Assembly (NCBI GenBank): GCA_947629235.1
Contig: CANRCX010000004.1
Coordinates: 13,191 to 77,190 of the forward strand
Direction of reading: 5' to 3'
Length of the DNA: 64,000 bases
From: an uncultured Bacilli bacterium
GTDB taxonomy: Bacteria > Bacillota_I > Bacilli_A > RF39 > UBA660
The position numbers were made by a program, and so were the translations under genes. The notes beneath the pieces were generated by a model that was not told where the DNA came from, ran no database searches, and saw only the letters and a program-made list of their open reading frames with translations. Numbering within the stretch: the first letter of the stretch is position 1; each line of letters starts with the position of its first letter. This document shows, piece by piece, positions 44,248 through 53,350 of this stretch.

Positions 44248-45624
44248 ATGAAAAAGGATAAAAAAGAAAAAATAACTGAAGAAGAAAAAGAAGAAGAAAT
44301 TGAAGAAAAAAAACCTAAGACTATAAAAGAAACTAAAGTAAAAAAAGTAGATCAAAATAAAGCAATAGAAGAAGTAAAAACTGAACCAAAAAAAGAAAAG
44401 AAACAAAATAAAAAGGAAGTAAAAGAAGTATCACAAGAAGTACCAAAAGAAAAACATAAGAGAAGTAAAGTAGCAACCGTAATTTTATGGATATTTGTAG
44501 TACTTTTTACAATTGTATTATTATGTTCATGTGGAGCGTGGAGTTATTATATGTATAATACATATATGACTCATAGAGAAAACTGCTATAAAGAAATGGA
44601 AATAATAAAATCTCAAAATGATTCAGCATTTAAAGAAGTAAATATGGAAGAAGAATATTTAAATTCAATGACATATGAAGAAATAAAAAATTTAGCAGTA
44701 GATAAAGAAAAATTAGTAAGTGGAACAACAATAAAAATGTATTATAACGGAGAAGAAGTAACAGAAGATAGTGGAATGTTATTTAATGTAGTTGGTGAGT
44801 CAAGATTAATAATAAAATTAAGAAAAAGTTATAATTATCAATTAATAAAATCATATAGAGAAGATATTGAAAGTACAAATATAATAGTATTTAATGTAAA
44901 AGATACAATATTTCCAAAAATAACAGGAGTATCAAATAAAACAATAACAGTAGGAGATAAAATAGATTTAACAAGTGGAGTAAGTGCAAGTGATGAAAAA
45001 GAAGGAGAAATAGAAGTAGTAGTCGAAGGAAGTGTAGATACATCAAAAGCAGGAACATATACAGTAAAATATAATGCAACAGATATAAACGGAAATAAAA
45101 CAACTAGTGAAATGAAAGTAACAGTAAAAGCAAAGACAACAACAACTAAAAAATCAAGTAGTTCTAGTTCAACTAAAAAATCAAGTAGTTCAAGTTCGAG
45201 TAAAAAATCAAGCTCTAGTTCAAGTTCAAGTAAGCCAAGTGCAAGTACAAAATCAGGAAGACTTAGTATTGCTAAAACAGAAGCTAAAAAAGTAGCAAAA
45301 CAAATATTTAAATCAGGAATGACTGATATGCAAAAAGCAGAAGCTATAGCTACATGGTTGTATACAAATGTTGATCCACAACATGAACAAGGAACAGAAG
45401 AATATAAAAAGAATTTTGGAAATGAAGCATATGCAGCATTTGTATTAAGAAAAGCAGCATGTTCAGGATTTTGTAAGGCAGCAATGTTATTGTGTACTGA
45501 AGGTAAATTAACTTGTAAACATATAAATGCAAATAAATGGACTCATCAATGGTTACAAGTAAAAATTGATGGTAAATGGCTTGAATTAGATGGTCAATTA
45601 GGAATGGTTGGAAATTTATATTAA
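44248..45624 (+). CDS. membrane-anchored protein with Ig-like (DUF5011-type) domain, poly-Ser linker and transglutaminase-like C-terminal domain
   Basis: A Lys/Glu-rich N-terminus is followed by a TM segment (VATVILWIFVVLFTIVLLCSC). The Ig-like module is DTIFPKITGVSNKTITVGDKIDLTSGVSASD...GTYTVKYNATDINGN. A KKSSSSSS x3 linker follows. The C-terminal candidate Cys-His-Asp set is AACSGFCKA ... THQWLQVKIDGKWLELD. Confidence 0.55.
   Translation: MKKDKKEKITEEEKEEEIEEKKPKTIKETKVKKVDQNKAIEEVKTEPKKEKKQNKKEVKEVSQEVPKEKHKRSKVATVILWIFVVLFTIVLLCSCGAWSYYMYNTYMTHRENCYKEMEIIKSQNDSAFKEVNMEEEYLNSMTYEEIKNLAVDKEKLVSGTTIKMYYNGEEVTEDSGMLFNVVGESRLIIKLRKSYNYQLIKSYREDIESTNIIVFNVKDTIFPKITGVSNKTITVGDKIDLTSGVSASDEKEGEIEVVVEGSVDTSKAGTYTVKYNATDINGNKTTSEMKVTVKAKTTTTKKSSSSSSTKKSSSSSSSKKSSSSSSSSKPSASTKSGRLSIAKTEAKKVAKQIFKSGMTDMQKAEAIATWLYTNVDPQHEQGTEEYKKNFGNEAYAAFVLRKAACSGFCKAAMLLCTEGKLTCKHINANKWTHQWLQVKIDGKWLELDGQLGMVGNLY
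45148..45231 (+). repeat. 27-30-bp coding tandem repeat x3 (KKSSSSSS[T/S])
   Basis: aaaaaatcaagtagttctagttcaact / aaaaaatcaagtagttcaagttcgagt / aaaaaatcaagctctagttcaagttcaagt. Confidence 0.8.
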
Positions 45625-45646
45625 AAATATAAAAAAATAGTTTTAG

Positions 45647-45680
45647 AAAAAGTATATTAAAAAACAATATACTTTTTTTA
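45647..45680 (+). terminator. intrinsic terminator
   Basis: AGTATATT (45651-58) pairs with AATATACT (45666-73), then TTTTTT. Confidence 0.7.
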
Positions 45681-45718
45681 ATTTTACAAAAAATTTACAA
45701 ATAAATTATAAAAAACTA

Positions 45719-45747
45719 TTTACAAATTAATATAAAAATAGTAATAT
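45719..45747 (+). promoter_or_regulatory. putative dcw (mraZ) promoter
   Basis: TTTACA (45719-24), a 17-nt spacer, then TAATAT (45742-47). Confidence 0.45.
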
Positions 45748-45748
45748 A

Positions 45749-45783
45749 GTGGTAGGAAGTGAAACAAAGTGGTAGAAAGTGGG
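45749..45783 (+). promoter_or_regulatory. MraZ operator-like array: four GTG[G/A][T/A/G] boxes phased every 10 nt
   Basis: GTGGT at 45749, GTGAA at 45759, GTGGT at 45769 and GTGGG at 45779. The last two are preceded by AAA (aaaGTGGT, aaaGTGGG). Confidence 0.6.
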
Positions 45784-45794
45784 GTGTAAATATC

Positions 45795-46232
45795 ATGTTC
45801 ATGGGTGAGTTTCATCATAATATTGATGAAAAAAGCAGATTAATAATTCCTTCTAAATTTAGAAGTGAATTAGGAGAAACTTTTATAATCACTAAGGGAC
45901 TTGATAAATGCTTATTTATCTATTCTAAAACTGAATGGGATAAAATAATGCAAAAAGTAAGCACACTACAATTTACTAAAAAGAATGTAAGAGCTTTTGA
46001 AAGAGCTTTTATAGGTGGAGCTTCCACAATTGAATTCGATAAACAAGGTCGAATTAATATTACCTCACCGTTAGTTCATTACGCCAATATTCAAAAAGAA
46101 TGTGTGATTATTGGCGTAAATGAACGACTAGAAATATGGAGTTTAGAAGAATTTAATAATTATATGAAAGCAAATGAAGAATCTCTTGAAGAAATAACTG
46201 AAAATATATTTGAGAGTGGATATGAAGCATAA
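45795..46232 (+). CDS. mraZ: transcriptional regulator MraZ
   Basis: MFMGEFHHNIDEKSRLIIPSKFR is the canonical MraZ N-terminus, and there is a second SpoVT/AbrB-like repeat (DKQGRINITSPL). The track start at 45759 would read through the operator boxes. Confidence 0.9.
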   Translation: MFMGEFHHNIDEKSRLIIPSKFRSELGETFIITKGLDKCLFIYSKTEWDKIMQKVSTLQFTKKNVRAFERAFIGGASTIEFDKQGRINITSPLVHYANIQKECVIIGVNERLEIWSLEEFNNYMKANEESLEEITENIFESGYEA

Positions 46233-47124
46233 AAGTGTATTATTAAATGAGGTAATAGAATACTTAAATGTATCAGAGGGTAAAAATTATATAGATGCTA
46301 CTGTGGGATATGCAGGGCACTCAGGCGAGATATTAAAGAGATTGAATAAAAAGGGGTTTCTTTTCGCCTTTGATCAAGATGATGAAGCCATTAAATATTC
46401 AAATGAGAAGTTATCTAAAATTGCTTCTAATTTCAAAATCATTAAAAGTAATTTTGTTCATATGAAGGATTACATTAATGAAAGTGTTGATGGTATATTA
46501 TTTGACTTAGGAGTATCTAGTCCACAGTTAGATGAAGATGAAAGGGGATTTAGTTTCCATAAAGATGCAGTACTTGATATGAGAATGGATACATCTAACA
46601 ATCTTACTGCATACATTGTTGTTAATGAATATAGTTATGAAAAACTAGTAGATATTCTCTATAGATTTGGTGAAGAAAAATATGCAAAATCAATAGCAAA
46701 AGCTATAGTAGATAATAGACCAATTACAACAACATTAGAGCTAGCTGAATTAATTAAAAACAATGTACCAATAAGTTATAGAAATAAATCTCATCCTGCA
46801 AGAAAAACATTTCAAGCAATAAGAATTGAAGTGAATCATGAACTTGATATATTAGAAAGTTCACTAAGAGATGCTTTTGATTTATTAAATGTTGGTGGAA
46901 GATTACTTGTAATTACATTTCAACCACTAGAAGATAAAATAGTTTCAAAAGTATTTAAAGAATTATGTAGTGATAGTGAAAGTGCTAAAAAACTACCATT
47001 TGTTCCAGAAGAATTAAAAGCAAAAGCTAAAAAAGTAGCTAAAATAACTCCTAGTAGTAAAGAACTAGAAGATAATAATAGAAGTAGAAGTTCTAAATTA
47101 AGAGTAATAGAAAGGGTAAAATGA
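46222..47124 (+). CDS. rsmH: 16S rRNA (cytosine1402-N4)-methyltransferase
   Basis: HKSVLLNEV..., DATVGYAGHS, FDQDDEA, DLGVSSPQLD, RGFSF, HPARKTFQAIRIEVN. Confidence 0.9.
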   Translation: MKHKSVLLNEVIEYLNVSEGKNYIDATVGYAGHSGEILKRLNKKGFLFAFDQDDEAIKYSNEKLSKIASNFKIIKSNFVHMKDYINESVDGILFDLGVSSPQLDEDERGFSFHKDAVLDMRMDTSNNLTAYIVVNEYSYEKLVDILYRFGEEKYAKSIAKAIVDNRPITTTLELAELIKNNVPISYRNKSHPARKTFQAIRIEVNHELDILESSLRDAFDLLNVGGRLLVITFQPLEDKIVSKVFKELCSDSESAKKLPFVPEELKAKAKKVAKITPSSKELEDNNRSRSSKLRVIERVK

Positions 47125-47408
47125 AAAAGAAAAAGTATATTAAAGTTAAAGGCGAAGGTGTAATAACTACTATGATGATATTATTTATAGTAGGTATTTT
47201 GTTTACAAATTTTATAGGTCAAGCTATGTTACAATCAAATAATTCAGAACTTCAAAGATTAAAAAGTAAAATTAATACACAAGAAAAGATGAATGCAAGT
47301 ATACAAATGAAAATTAATGAACTTGCATCTTTAGATAATGCACTTCAAGTTGCAGATACATTTGGTTTGGAGTATAATAATAGTAATATTAAAGTAATTT
47401 CAAAATAG
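47121..47408 (+). CDS. ftsL: cell-division protein FtsL-like
   Basis: 95 aa: a basic N-terminus, one TM segment, a coiled-coil and a C-terminal LQVADTFGLEY. Its position directly after rsmH fits, with an ATGA overlap. Confidence 0.6.
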   Translation: MKKKKYIKVKGEGVITTMMILFIVGILFTNFIGQAMLQSNNSELQRLKSKINTQEKMNASIQMKINELASLDNALQVADTFGLEYNNSNIKVISK

Positions 47409-47421
47409 AGGTGCATAAATA

Positions 47422-49626
47422 ATGAAAAAAATAAGAGCAATTAAAATAAATATAATGTTTGTTATTATAATTGTTTTTATTTTTTTATGTCTTATAATTA
47501 AACTTGTATTTATAGGTACTGGAAATGTTACAGTTAAAGATAAAACTCTTTCTGAATTTGCTAGTGATAGGGATACTGTTAAACGAACATTAAAAGCACC
47601 AAGGGGAACAATATATTCAAGTGATAATGAAGTACTTGCAAAAGATGTTAATAGTTATACAGTAATTGCATATTTAGAACCGTCTAGAACTAAAGATGAA
47701 AATCATCCATATCATGTAGTAGATAAAGAACTTACAGCTGAAAAATTAAGTCCTATTATTAATATGAGTAAAGAAACAATATTAGATATTTTAAATACTA
47801 AAATTAAAAGTTGTGATGAAAATAATGTATGTCAAGAAAAAGTACCATATCAAGTTGAACTAGGTCCTGGTGGAAGGGGAATTACTGAACTTACTAAAGA
47901 TCAAATAGAAGCACTTGATTTACCAGGTATAGATTTTATATCAAGTACTAAGAGATATTATCCAAATGGTGACTTTTTATCTTATGAACTTGGATATGCT
48001 AAAACAGATGATAATGGAAATTATAAAGGTGAAATGGGTATTGAAAGTTACTATAATAAAGAACTTACAGGAACTGATGGTTATATAGAATATCAATCAG
48101 ATTTATATGGATATCAAATTACTAGTATGCCGAGTGTTGAAAAGAAAGCAGTACCTGGAAATGATATATATTTAACAATAGATACAAATATTCAAATGTT
48201 TACAGAACAAGCAAGAACTACATTAGAAGCTGCTAAACCAGAGTGGGCAACAGTAGTTGTAGTAAATGCTAAAACTGGTGAAATATTAGGTGTTTCATCA
48301 AGTCCAAGTTTTAATAATAATACTCTTGAAATAAAATCGTATTATAGTCCATTTACACAAAATACATATGAACCAGGTTCAACTATGAAAATATTTAGTT
48401 TTATGGCAGCTATGCAAAATGGAGTGTATGATGGACAAGAAAAATATAAAAGTGGTAGATTAAAAGTAGATGATGCGGTTATTAAAGATTGGAATGGTTA
48501 TGGTTGGGGAAGTATCACTTATGATGAAGGATTTATGGGTTCTTCAAATGTAGCAGCAAGTCATCTTGCACTTGATAAATTAGGTCGTGCTAAATTAAAA
48601 GATTTTTATAATTTACTTGGCTTTGGTAAAAAGACTGGAATATATCCAGAAATAAAAGGTGTTGATACTGAAGGAACAGGACTTGTTAATTTTAGATATA
48701 ATACAGAAGTTGCATCTGCTTCTTATGGTCAAGGTATTAGTGTAACAGCAGTACAAATGATTCAAGCTTTAACTACACTTGGTAATAAAGGAACAATGCT
48801 AAAACCATATATTGTTTCTAAAATAGTAGATAGTGAAGGAAATGTAGTTCTTGAAAATAAAAGAACAGAAGTAAGTAAAGTTTGTAGTGAAGAAGTAGCA
48901 ACAGATATTATTGATTTAATGAGAGGTGTAGTTGATGGTAGAAGTAAGATTTCTACTGGTACTGGTTATAAAGTAAAAGGTTATGATTTAGTTGGAAAAA
49001 CTGGTACTGCTGAAATAGCTTCTGCTAGTGGTGGATATTTAAGTGGTTCTACAAATTATGTTAGAAGTTTTGCAGGATTATTTCCAGGAAAAGATCCAGA
49101 AATTATTGTATATGTAGCTGCTGCTAAAATGAAAAATTCGAGTTATTTAAAAACTGCTGTAAAAGATTTAGTTAAAAATGTAGGTACATACTTAAATATA
49201 TATGGAGATGTAAGTGATAATGAAGATGCAACATATACATTAAAAAGTTATGTTAGTAAAAATGTAAGTGATGTATCAAAAGAAATAAATGATGCTGGAC
49301 TTAAATCTATAGTAATTGGTGATGGAGATAAAGTAATTAAGCAATATCCTAATGAAGATGTAACATTAAATAAAAATAGTAAAGTATTTTTACTTACAAA
49401 TTCAAATTCATATAAAATGATTGATATAAATGGTTGGTCTAGAAATGATGTTTTATCATTTACAAAATTAATTAATTTAAATACTACATTTAGTGGATTT
49501 GGTTATGTAAAAGAATATTCATTAAAGAAAAATAGTGAAATTGATTTAACACAGACTCTAGAAGTAACGTTAGAACCAAAATATAAAGAAGAAGAAAAAG
49601 ATGAAGATAAAAAAGATCAAGAGTAA
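47422..49626 (+). CDS. class B penicillin-binding protein (PBP2B/SpoVD type) with two PASTA domains
   Basis: Signal anchor and dimerisation domain. Transpeptidase motifs are STMK (EPGSTMKIF), SSN and KTGT. Two C-terminal PASTA-like repeats are present. Confidence 0.85.
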   Translation: MKKIRAIKINIMFVIIIVFIFLCLIIKLVFIGTGNVTVKDKTLSEFASDRDTVKRTLKAPRGTIYSSDNEVLAKDVNSYTVIAYLEPSRTKDENHPYHVVDKELTAEKLSPIINMSKETILDILNTKIKSCDENNVCQEKVPYQVELGPGGRGITELTKDQIEALDLPGIDFISSTKRYYPNGDFLSYELGYAKTDDNGNYKGEMGIESYYNKELTGTDGYIEYQSDLYGYQITSMPSVEKKAVPGNDIYLTIDTNIQMFTEQARTTLEAAKPEWATVVVVNAKTGEILGVSSSPSFNNNTLEIKSYYSPFTQNTYEPGSTMKIFSFMAAMQNGVYDGQEKYKSGRLKVDDAVIKDWNGYGWGSITYDEGFMGSSNVAASHLALDKLGRAKLKDFYNLLGFGKKTGIYPEIKGVDTEGTGLVNFRYNTEVASASYGQGISVTAVQMIQALTTLGNKGTMLKPYIVSKIVDSEGNVVLENKRTEVSKVCSEEVATDIIDLMRGVVDGRSKISTGTGYKVKGYDLVGKTGTAEIASASGGYLSGSTNYVRSFAGLFPGKDPEIIVYVAAAKMKNSSYLKTAVKDLVKNVGTYLNIYGDVSDNEDATYTLKSYVSKNVSDVSKEINDAGLKSIVIGDGDKVIKQYPNEDVTLNKNSKVFLLTNSNSYKMIDINGWSRNDVLSFTKLINLNTTFSGFGYVKEYSLKKNSEIDLTQTLEVTLEPKYKEEEKDEDKKDQE

Positions 49627-49639
49627 TCTTGATTTTTTA
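49615..49639 (+). terminator. intrinsic terminator inside the dcw cluster
   Basis: GATCAAGA (49615-22) pairs with TCTTGATT (49627-34) around GTAA (includes the stop), then TTTTT. Confidence 0.6.
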
Positions 49640-49699
49640 ATTTAATGAAAGAATATAAAAAATATGGTATAATTAATTTATATATAAAATAATTGTATA

Positions 49700-51436
49700 A
49701 TGAAAGGAAAAATTATTTTTATGGGAAAAACACAAGAGAAAACAGATTATCCTTGGTATAAATATTATGTAGGAATGCAAAAACATATAGATTATCCTGA
49801 TGTTTCAATGTATGAAATGGTAAGAAGAAGTGCAAATAGTTATCCTAGTAACATAGCATATACTTATTTTGGAAATAAAGTTACTTATAAAACATTTTTA
49901 AAACGTATTGATGAAACAGCTAAAGCTTTTATTAGAATGGGTGTTAAAAAAGGAGATTATGTAAGTATAATAATGCCAAATACACCAGAAGCAATAACAT
50001 GTGTTTATGCATTAAATAAAATAGGTGCAATATGTAATATGTTACATCCATTATATAGTGAAGAAGAAATAAAATATGCTGTTAATTTAGTTAATTCTAA
50101 ATATTTAGTTGTTTGTGATATTGTTTATAAGAAAATTAAAAACATAAGAGATAAATTTAATAATGTTGAAAAAATACTTTATATACCACTTAGTGAATCT
50201 ATGGATCCATTAACTTCTTTTGCATTTAAAATAACTAATGGTCTAAAAATTAGTTTACCACTTGAAGATGATGTAATACCATATTATAGATTTATATCAA
50301 GAGCTAAATTTCATAAAAAAGAAGTAAAAGATGTATTAAAAGGAAATGATGTTGCGATTATACTACATAGTGGTGGTACAACAGGAAAATCTAAAGGAAT
50401 TGCTCTTACTAATTTAAATCTTAATGCACTTGCATTATCTGAACTTGAAATAATTAAAAGTATGAAACCTGGTGTTAGTTGTTTATCAATTATGCCAATA
50501 TTTCATGGATTTGGTCTTGGTTGTACAATGCATGGTGTATTTGTAGGAAAAGGTCATGCTATAATTTTACCAACAGTTAATCCTAAAAAATTTGCAGATA
50601 CTATTTTAAAATATAAACCAAATGCAATAGCAGTAGTTCCAAGTATGTTAGAAGGATTATATAAAAATAAAAAATTAGTAGATGCAGATTTATCATTTAT
50701 TAAATGTATTGTGTGTGGTGGAGATAGTATTAGTGATAAATTAAGAAAAAAATTAGATACTTTTTTATATGATCATGGAAGTGAAGCAACAATTAGAGCA
50801 GCTTATGGTATGACAGAATGTACTGCAGGAGTTATAATGATACCAAAAGAAATATCAAAAGATGAAAGTATTGGTATTCCTACACCTGATACAATAATTA
50901 AAATAGTAAAACCTAATACAACAGAAGAATTACCTTATAAAGAAGAAGGTGAAATATGTATTAGTGGACCTACTGTTATGAAAGAATATATTAATGAGAA
51001 AGAAGAAACTAAAAATGTATTAAAAACTCATAAAGATGGTAAATTATATCTTCATAGTGGAGATATTGGATATATGGATAAAGATGGCTTTGTTTATTTT
51101 AAATCAAGATTAAAAAGAATGATTGTATCAAGTGGTTATAATATTTATCCTAGTGTAGTTGAAAATATCATTTTAGAACATCCTTATGTATCTGCCTGTG
51201 CAGTAGTAGGTGTTCCACATCCATATAAAAAAGAAGTAATAAAAGCATATATTGTACTTAAAAAAGGAATAGTATTAAATAGTGAAGTTAAAAAAAGTAT
51301 TAAAGAGCATTGTGAAAAAAATATAGCTTCATATGCACTTCCTTATGCATATGGATATAGAAAAGAACTACCTAAAACATTAGTTGGAAAAGTTGCATAT
51401 ACAGAACTTATTAGTGATGATAAAGAAGAAATATAA
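49700..51436 (+). CDS. AMP-forming acyl-CoA synthetase/ligase family protein
   Basis: ILHSGGTTGKSKGI, AYGMTE and SGDIG...KSRLKR, with an N-terminal YPWYKYY. It has its own extended -10 (TGgTATAAT, 49665-73). The alternative start is 49721. Confidence 0.75.
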   Translation: MKGKIIFMGKTQEKTDYPWYKYYVGMQKHIDYPDVSMYEMVRRSANSYPSNIAYTYFGNKVTYKTFLKRIDETAKAFIRMGVKKGDYVSIIMPNTPEAITCVYALNKIGAICNMLHPLYSEEEIKYAVNLVNSKYLVVCDIVYKKIKNIRDKFNNVEKILYIPLSESMDPLTSFAFKITNGLKISLPLEDDVIPYYRFISRAKFHKKEVKDVLKGNDVAIILHSGGTTGKSKGIALTNLNLNALALSELEIIKSMKPGVSCLSIMPIFHGFGLGCTMHGVFVGKGHAIILPTVNPKKFADTILKYKPNAIAVVPSMLEGLYKNKKLVDADLSFIKCIVCGGDSISDKLRKKLDTFLYDHGSEATIRAAYGMTECTAGVIMIPKEISKDESIGIPTPDTIIKIVKPNTTEELPYKEEGEICISGPTVMKEYINEKEETKNVLKTHKDGKLYLHSGDIGYMDKDGFVYFKSRLKRMIVSSGYNIYPSVVENIILEHPYVSACAVVGVPHPYKKEVIKAYIVLKKGIVLNSEVKKSIKEHCEKNIASYALPYAYGYRKELPKTLVGKVAYTELISDDKEEI

Positions 51437-51557
51437 TAATTTATAAATAATATAATTTTATATAGTTTATGACAAAATATGCTAAAAATGATGCAAAAAA
51501 ATAAATAATGTTATATAATAATGCTTGCAAAGAAGCACTTTGCAAAAAGGAGAGCTT

Positions 51558-52667
51558 ATGAAATTTATTTTAACTGCTGGTGGAACAGGTGGACATATAT
51601 ATCCAGCTCTATCAGTATTAGATGAAATAAAAAAGGATAAAAATAATGAATACTTATATATTGGAACTAAAAATAGAATGGAAAATGATTTAATACCAAG
51701 TATGGGTATTCCATATGAAGGAATAGAAATATATGGACTTTCTAAAACTAATATGATTAGAAATGTTAAAAATATAAAATGCATTATTTCTTCATATAAA
51801 AAGTGTCTTAAAATAATGGATGAATTTAAACCAGATGCAGTAGTTGCTTTTGGTGGATATGTAACATTACCAGTTTGTTTAGCTGCTAAAAAAAGAAAAG
51901 TTAAAGTATTTATACATGAACAAAATATGTTACCAGGAAAAACAAATATTTATTTATCTAAAAAAGCAGATGCTGTTTTCACATCATTTGAAGATGGAAC
52001 TAGAAAATTGAAATGTAAAAATATTAAATTTACTGGAAATCCAGTTAGCCAAAGAGCACTAGAATGTAAAAAATATAATAAAACTGATTTAGGTTTTGAT
52101 AAAAATAAAAAACTTATAATTATAGTAATGGGTTCTCTTGGTAGTACATCAGTAAATGAAAAATTATTAGATTTCTTGAGAACATATGAAAAAGATGATA
52201 CAGAAATATTATTTATAACAGGAAAAGCTAGTTATAATGAATTAAATAATAATTTAGTAGTACCAAAAAGTACAAAAATAGTACCATTTTTTGATAATTT
52301 ACCAAGTTTAATGAAAAGTGCTGACTTAATTATTTCAAGAGCAGGTGCTTCAACTATCGCGGAGATTATGGCTACTAAAACACCATCAATATTAATACCT
52401 AGTCCATATGTAGCTAATAATCATCAATACTATAATGCACTTGATTTAGTAAATAAAAAAATAAGTATATTAATAGAAGAAAAAGATTTAAATAAAAATA
52501 CACTAGTTGATGCAATTGATGAAATATTTAGTGAAAATACTAGTAAAGAAATAAAGAAAAACTTAAGTGAAATAAAAGTATTAAATTCTAGTACTATAAT
52601 ATTAGATGAAATGAAGAAGATAATAAAGGGTAAAAATGAAAAAAAGAAAGTCAAAGAAAAAAATTAA
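51558..52667 (+). CDS. murG: undecaprenyldiphospho-muramoylpentapeptide beta-N-acetylglucosaminyltransferase
   Basis: MKFILTAGGTGGHIYPAL at the ATG at 51558, after AAAGGAGAG. Also GGYV, HEQN and RAGASTIAEI. Confidence 0.9.
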   Translation: MKFILTAGGTGGHIYPALSVLDEIKKDKNNEYLYIGTKNRMENDLIPSMGIPYEGIEIYGLSKTNMIRNVKNIKCIISSYKKCLKIMDEFKPDAVVAFGGYVTLPVCLAAKKRKVKVFIHEQNMLPGKTNIYLSKKADAVFTSFEDGTRKLKCKNIKFTGNPVSQRALECKKYNKTDLGFDKNKKLIIIVMGSLGSTSVNEKLLDFLRTYEKDDTEILFITGKASYNELNNNLVVPKSTKIVPFFDNLPSLMKSADLIISRAGASTIAEIMATKTPSILIPSPYVANNHQYYNALDLVNKKISILIEEKDLNKNTLVDAIDEIFSENTSKEIKKNLSEIKVLNSSTIILDEMKKIIKGKNEKKKVKEKN

Positions 52668-53313
52668 TTTTAAAAATATTATTAAGTTTATATTAATACT
52701 TTCAATATTTATAATTCTTATATATTTTGTTTTTAATACAAAAACTAGAAATATAATTATATTAAATAATGAATATTACACAGATGAAGATATTATTGAA
52801 GGGTGTGGTATTCAAAATTATCCTAAATTTACATTATTAAGTACAAGTAGTATTAAGAAAAAATTATTAGATTTAGATTTAATTGAAGATGTTAAAGTTA
52901 AAAAGAAATTTGGATTTATATTACAAATAGAAGTTAGTGAAAAGAAAATTCTATATTATATTAGAAGTACAGATGAATATAAATTATCTACAAATGAAAA
53001 TATTAAACTTGATAATGTAATTGGTGTTCCAACTTTAATAAATTATGTAGAAGAAGATGTTGAAAAGAATTTTGTTTCTTCTCTTAAAAAAGTAGATAAA
53101 AATATTATTAATATGATTAGTGAAATAGAATATTCACCAAATGAATTTGATAACAAAAGATTTCTACTTTATATGAATGATTCTAATTTAGTATATGTTA
53201 CAACAACTAGAATTGAACTTTTAAATAAATATGTTGATGTTATAAAAAAAGTTGGAGATAAAAAAGGAATACTATATTTAGATAGTGGAAATTATTTTGA
53301 AATTAAAAAATAG
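52636..53313 (+). CDS. divIB: cell-division protein DivIB/FtsQ-like
   Basis: A basic N-terminus and TM segment are followed by a POTRA-like segment (IIILNNEYYTDEDIIEGCGI). The position after murG fits. Confidence 0.6.
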   Translation: MKKRKSKKKINFKNIIKFILILSIFIILIYFVFNTKTRNIIILNNEYYTDEDIIEGCGIQNYPKFTLLSTSSIKKKLLDLDLIEDVKVKKKFGFILQIEVSEKKILYYIRSTDEYKLSTNENIKLDNVIGVPTLINYVEEDVEKNFVSSLKKVDKNIINMISEIEYSPNEFDNKRFLLYMNDSNLVYVTTTRIELLNKYVDVIKKVGDKKGILYLDSGNYFEIKK

Positions 53314-53337
53314 ATATGCATTTGTATATCTTTTTTT
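53312..53337 (+). terminator. intrinsic terminator (A/T-rich stem)
   Basis: AGATAT / ATATCT, then TTTTTTT. Confidence 0.45.
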
Positions 53338-53350
53338 CATATAATATAAT

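Noticed and set aside
45759-45794. N-terminal extensions suggested by the ORF track for mraZ (45759), rsmH (46210), murG (51525), the PepSY protein (32332), the C39-like protein (17340), the ATP-grasp-like protein (12793), the SDR (59598) and the paralog at 61440.
   Set aside because: In each case an internal ATG gives the family-typical N-terminus and/or sits at proper distance from a GGAGG-type RBS. The extension has no RBS or runs through regulatory or repeat sequence.
51500-51557. The hairpin TTGCAAAG/CTTTGCAA just before the murG RBS as a terminator or riboswitch.
   Set aside because: It has no T-run and is too short for a known aptamer. It is noted only as a 5' UTR hairpin within the dcw finding.
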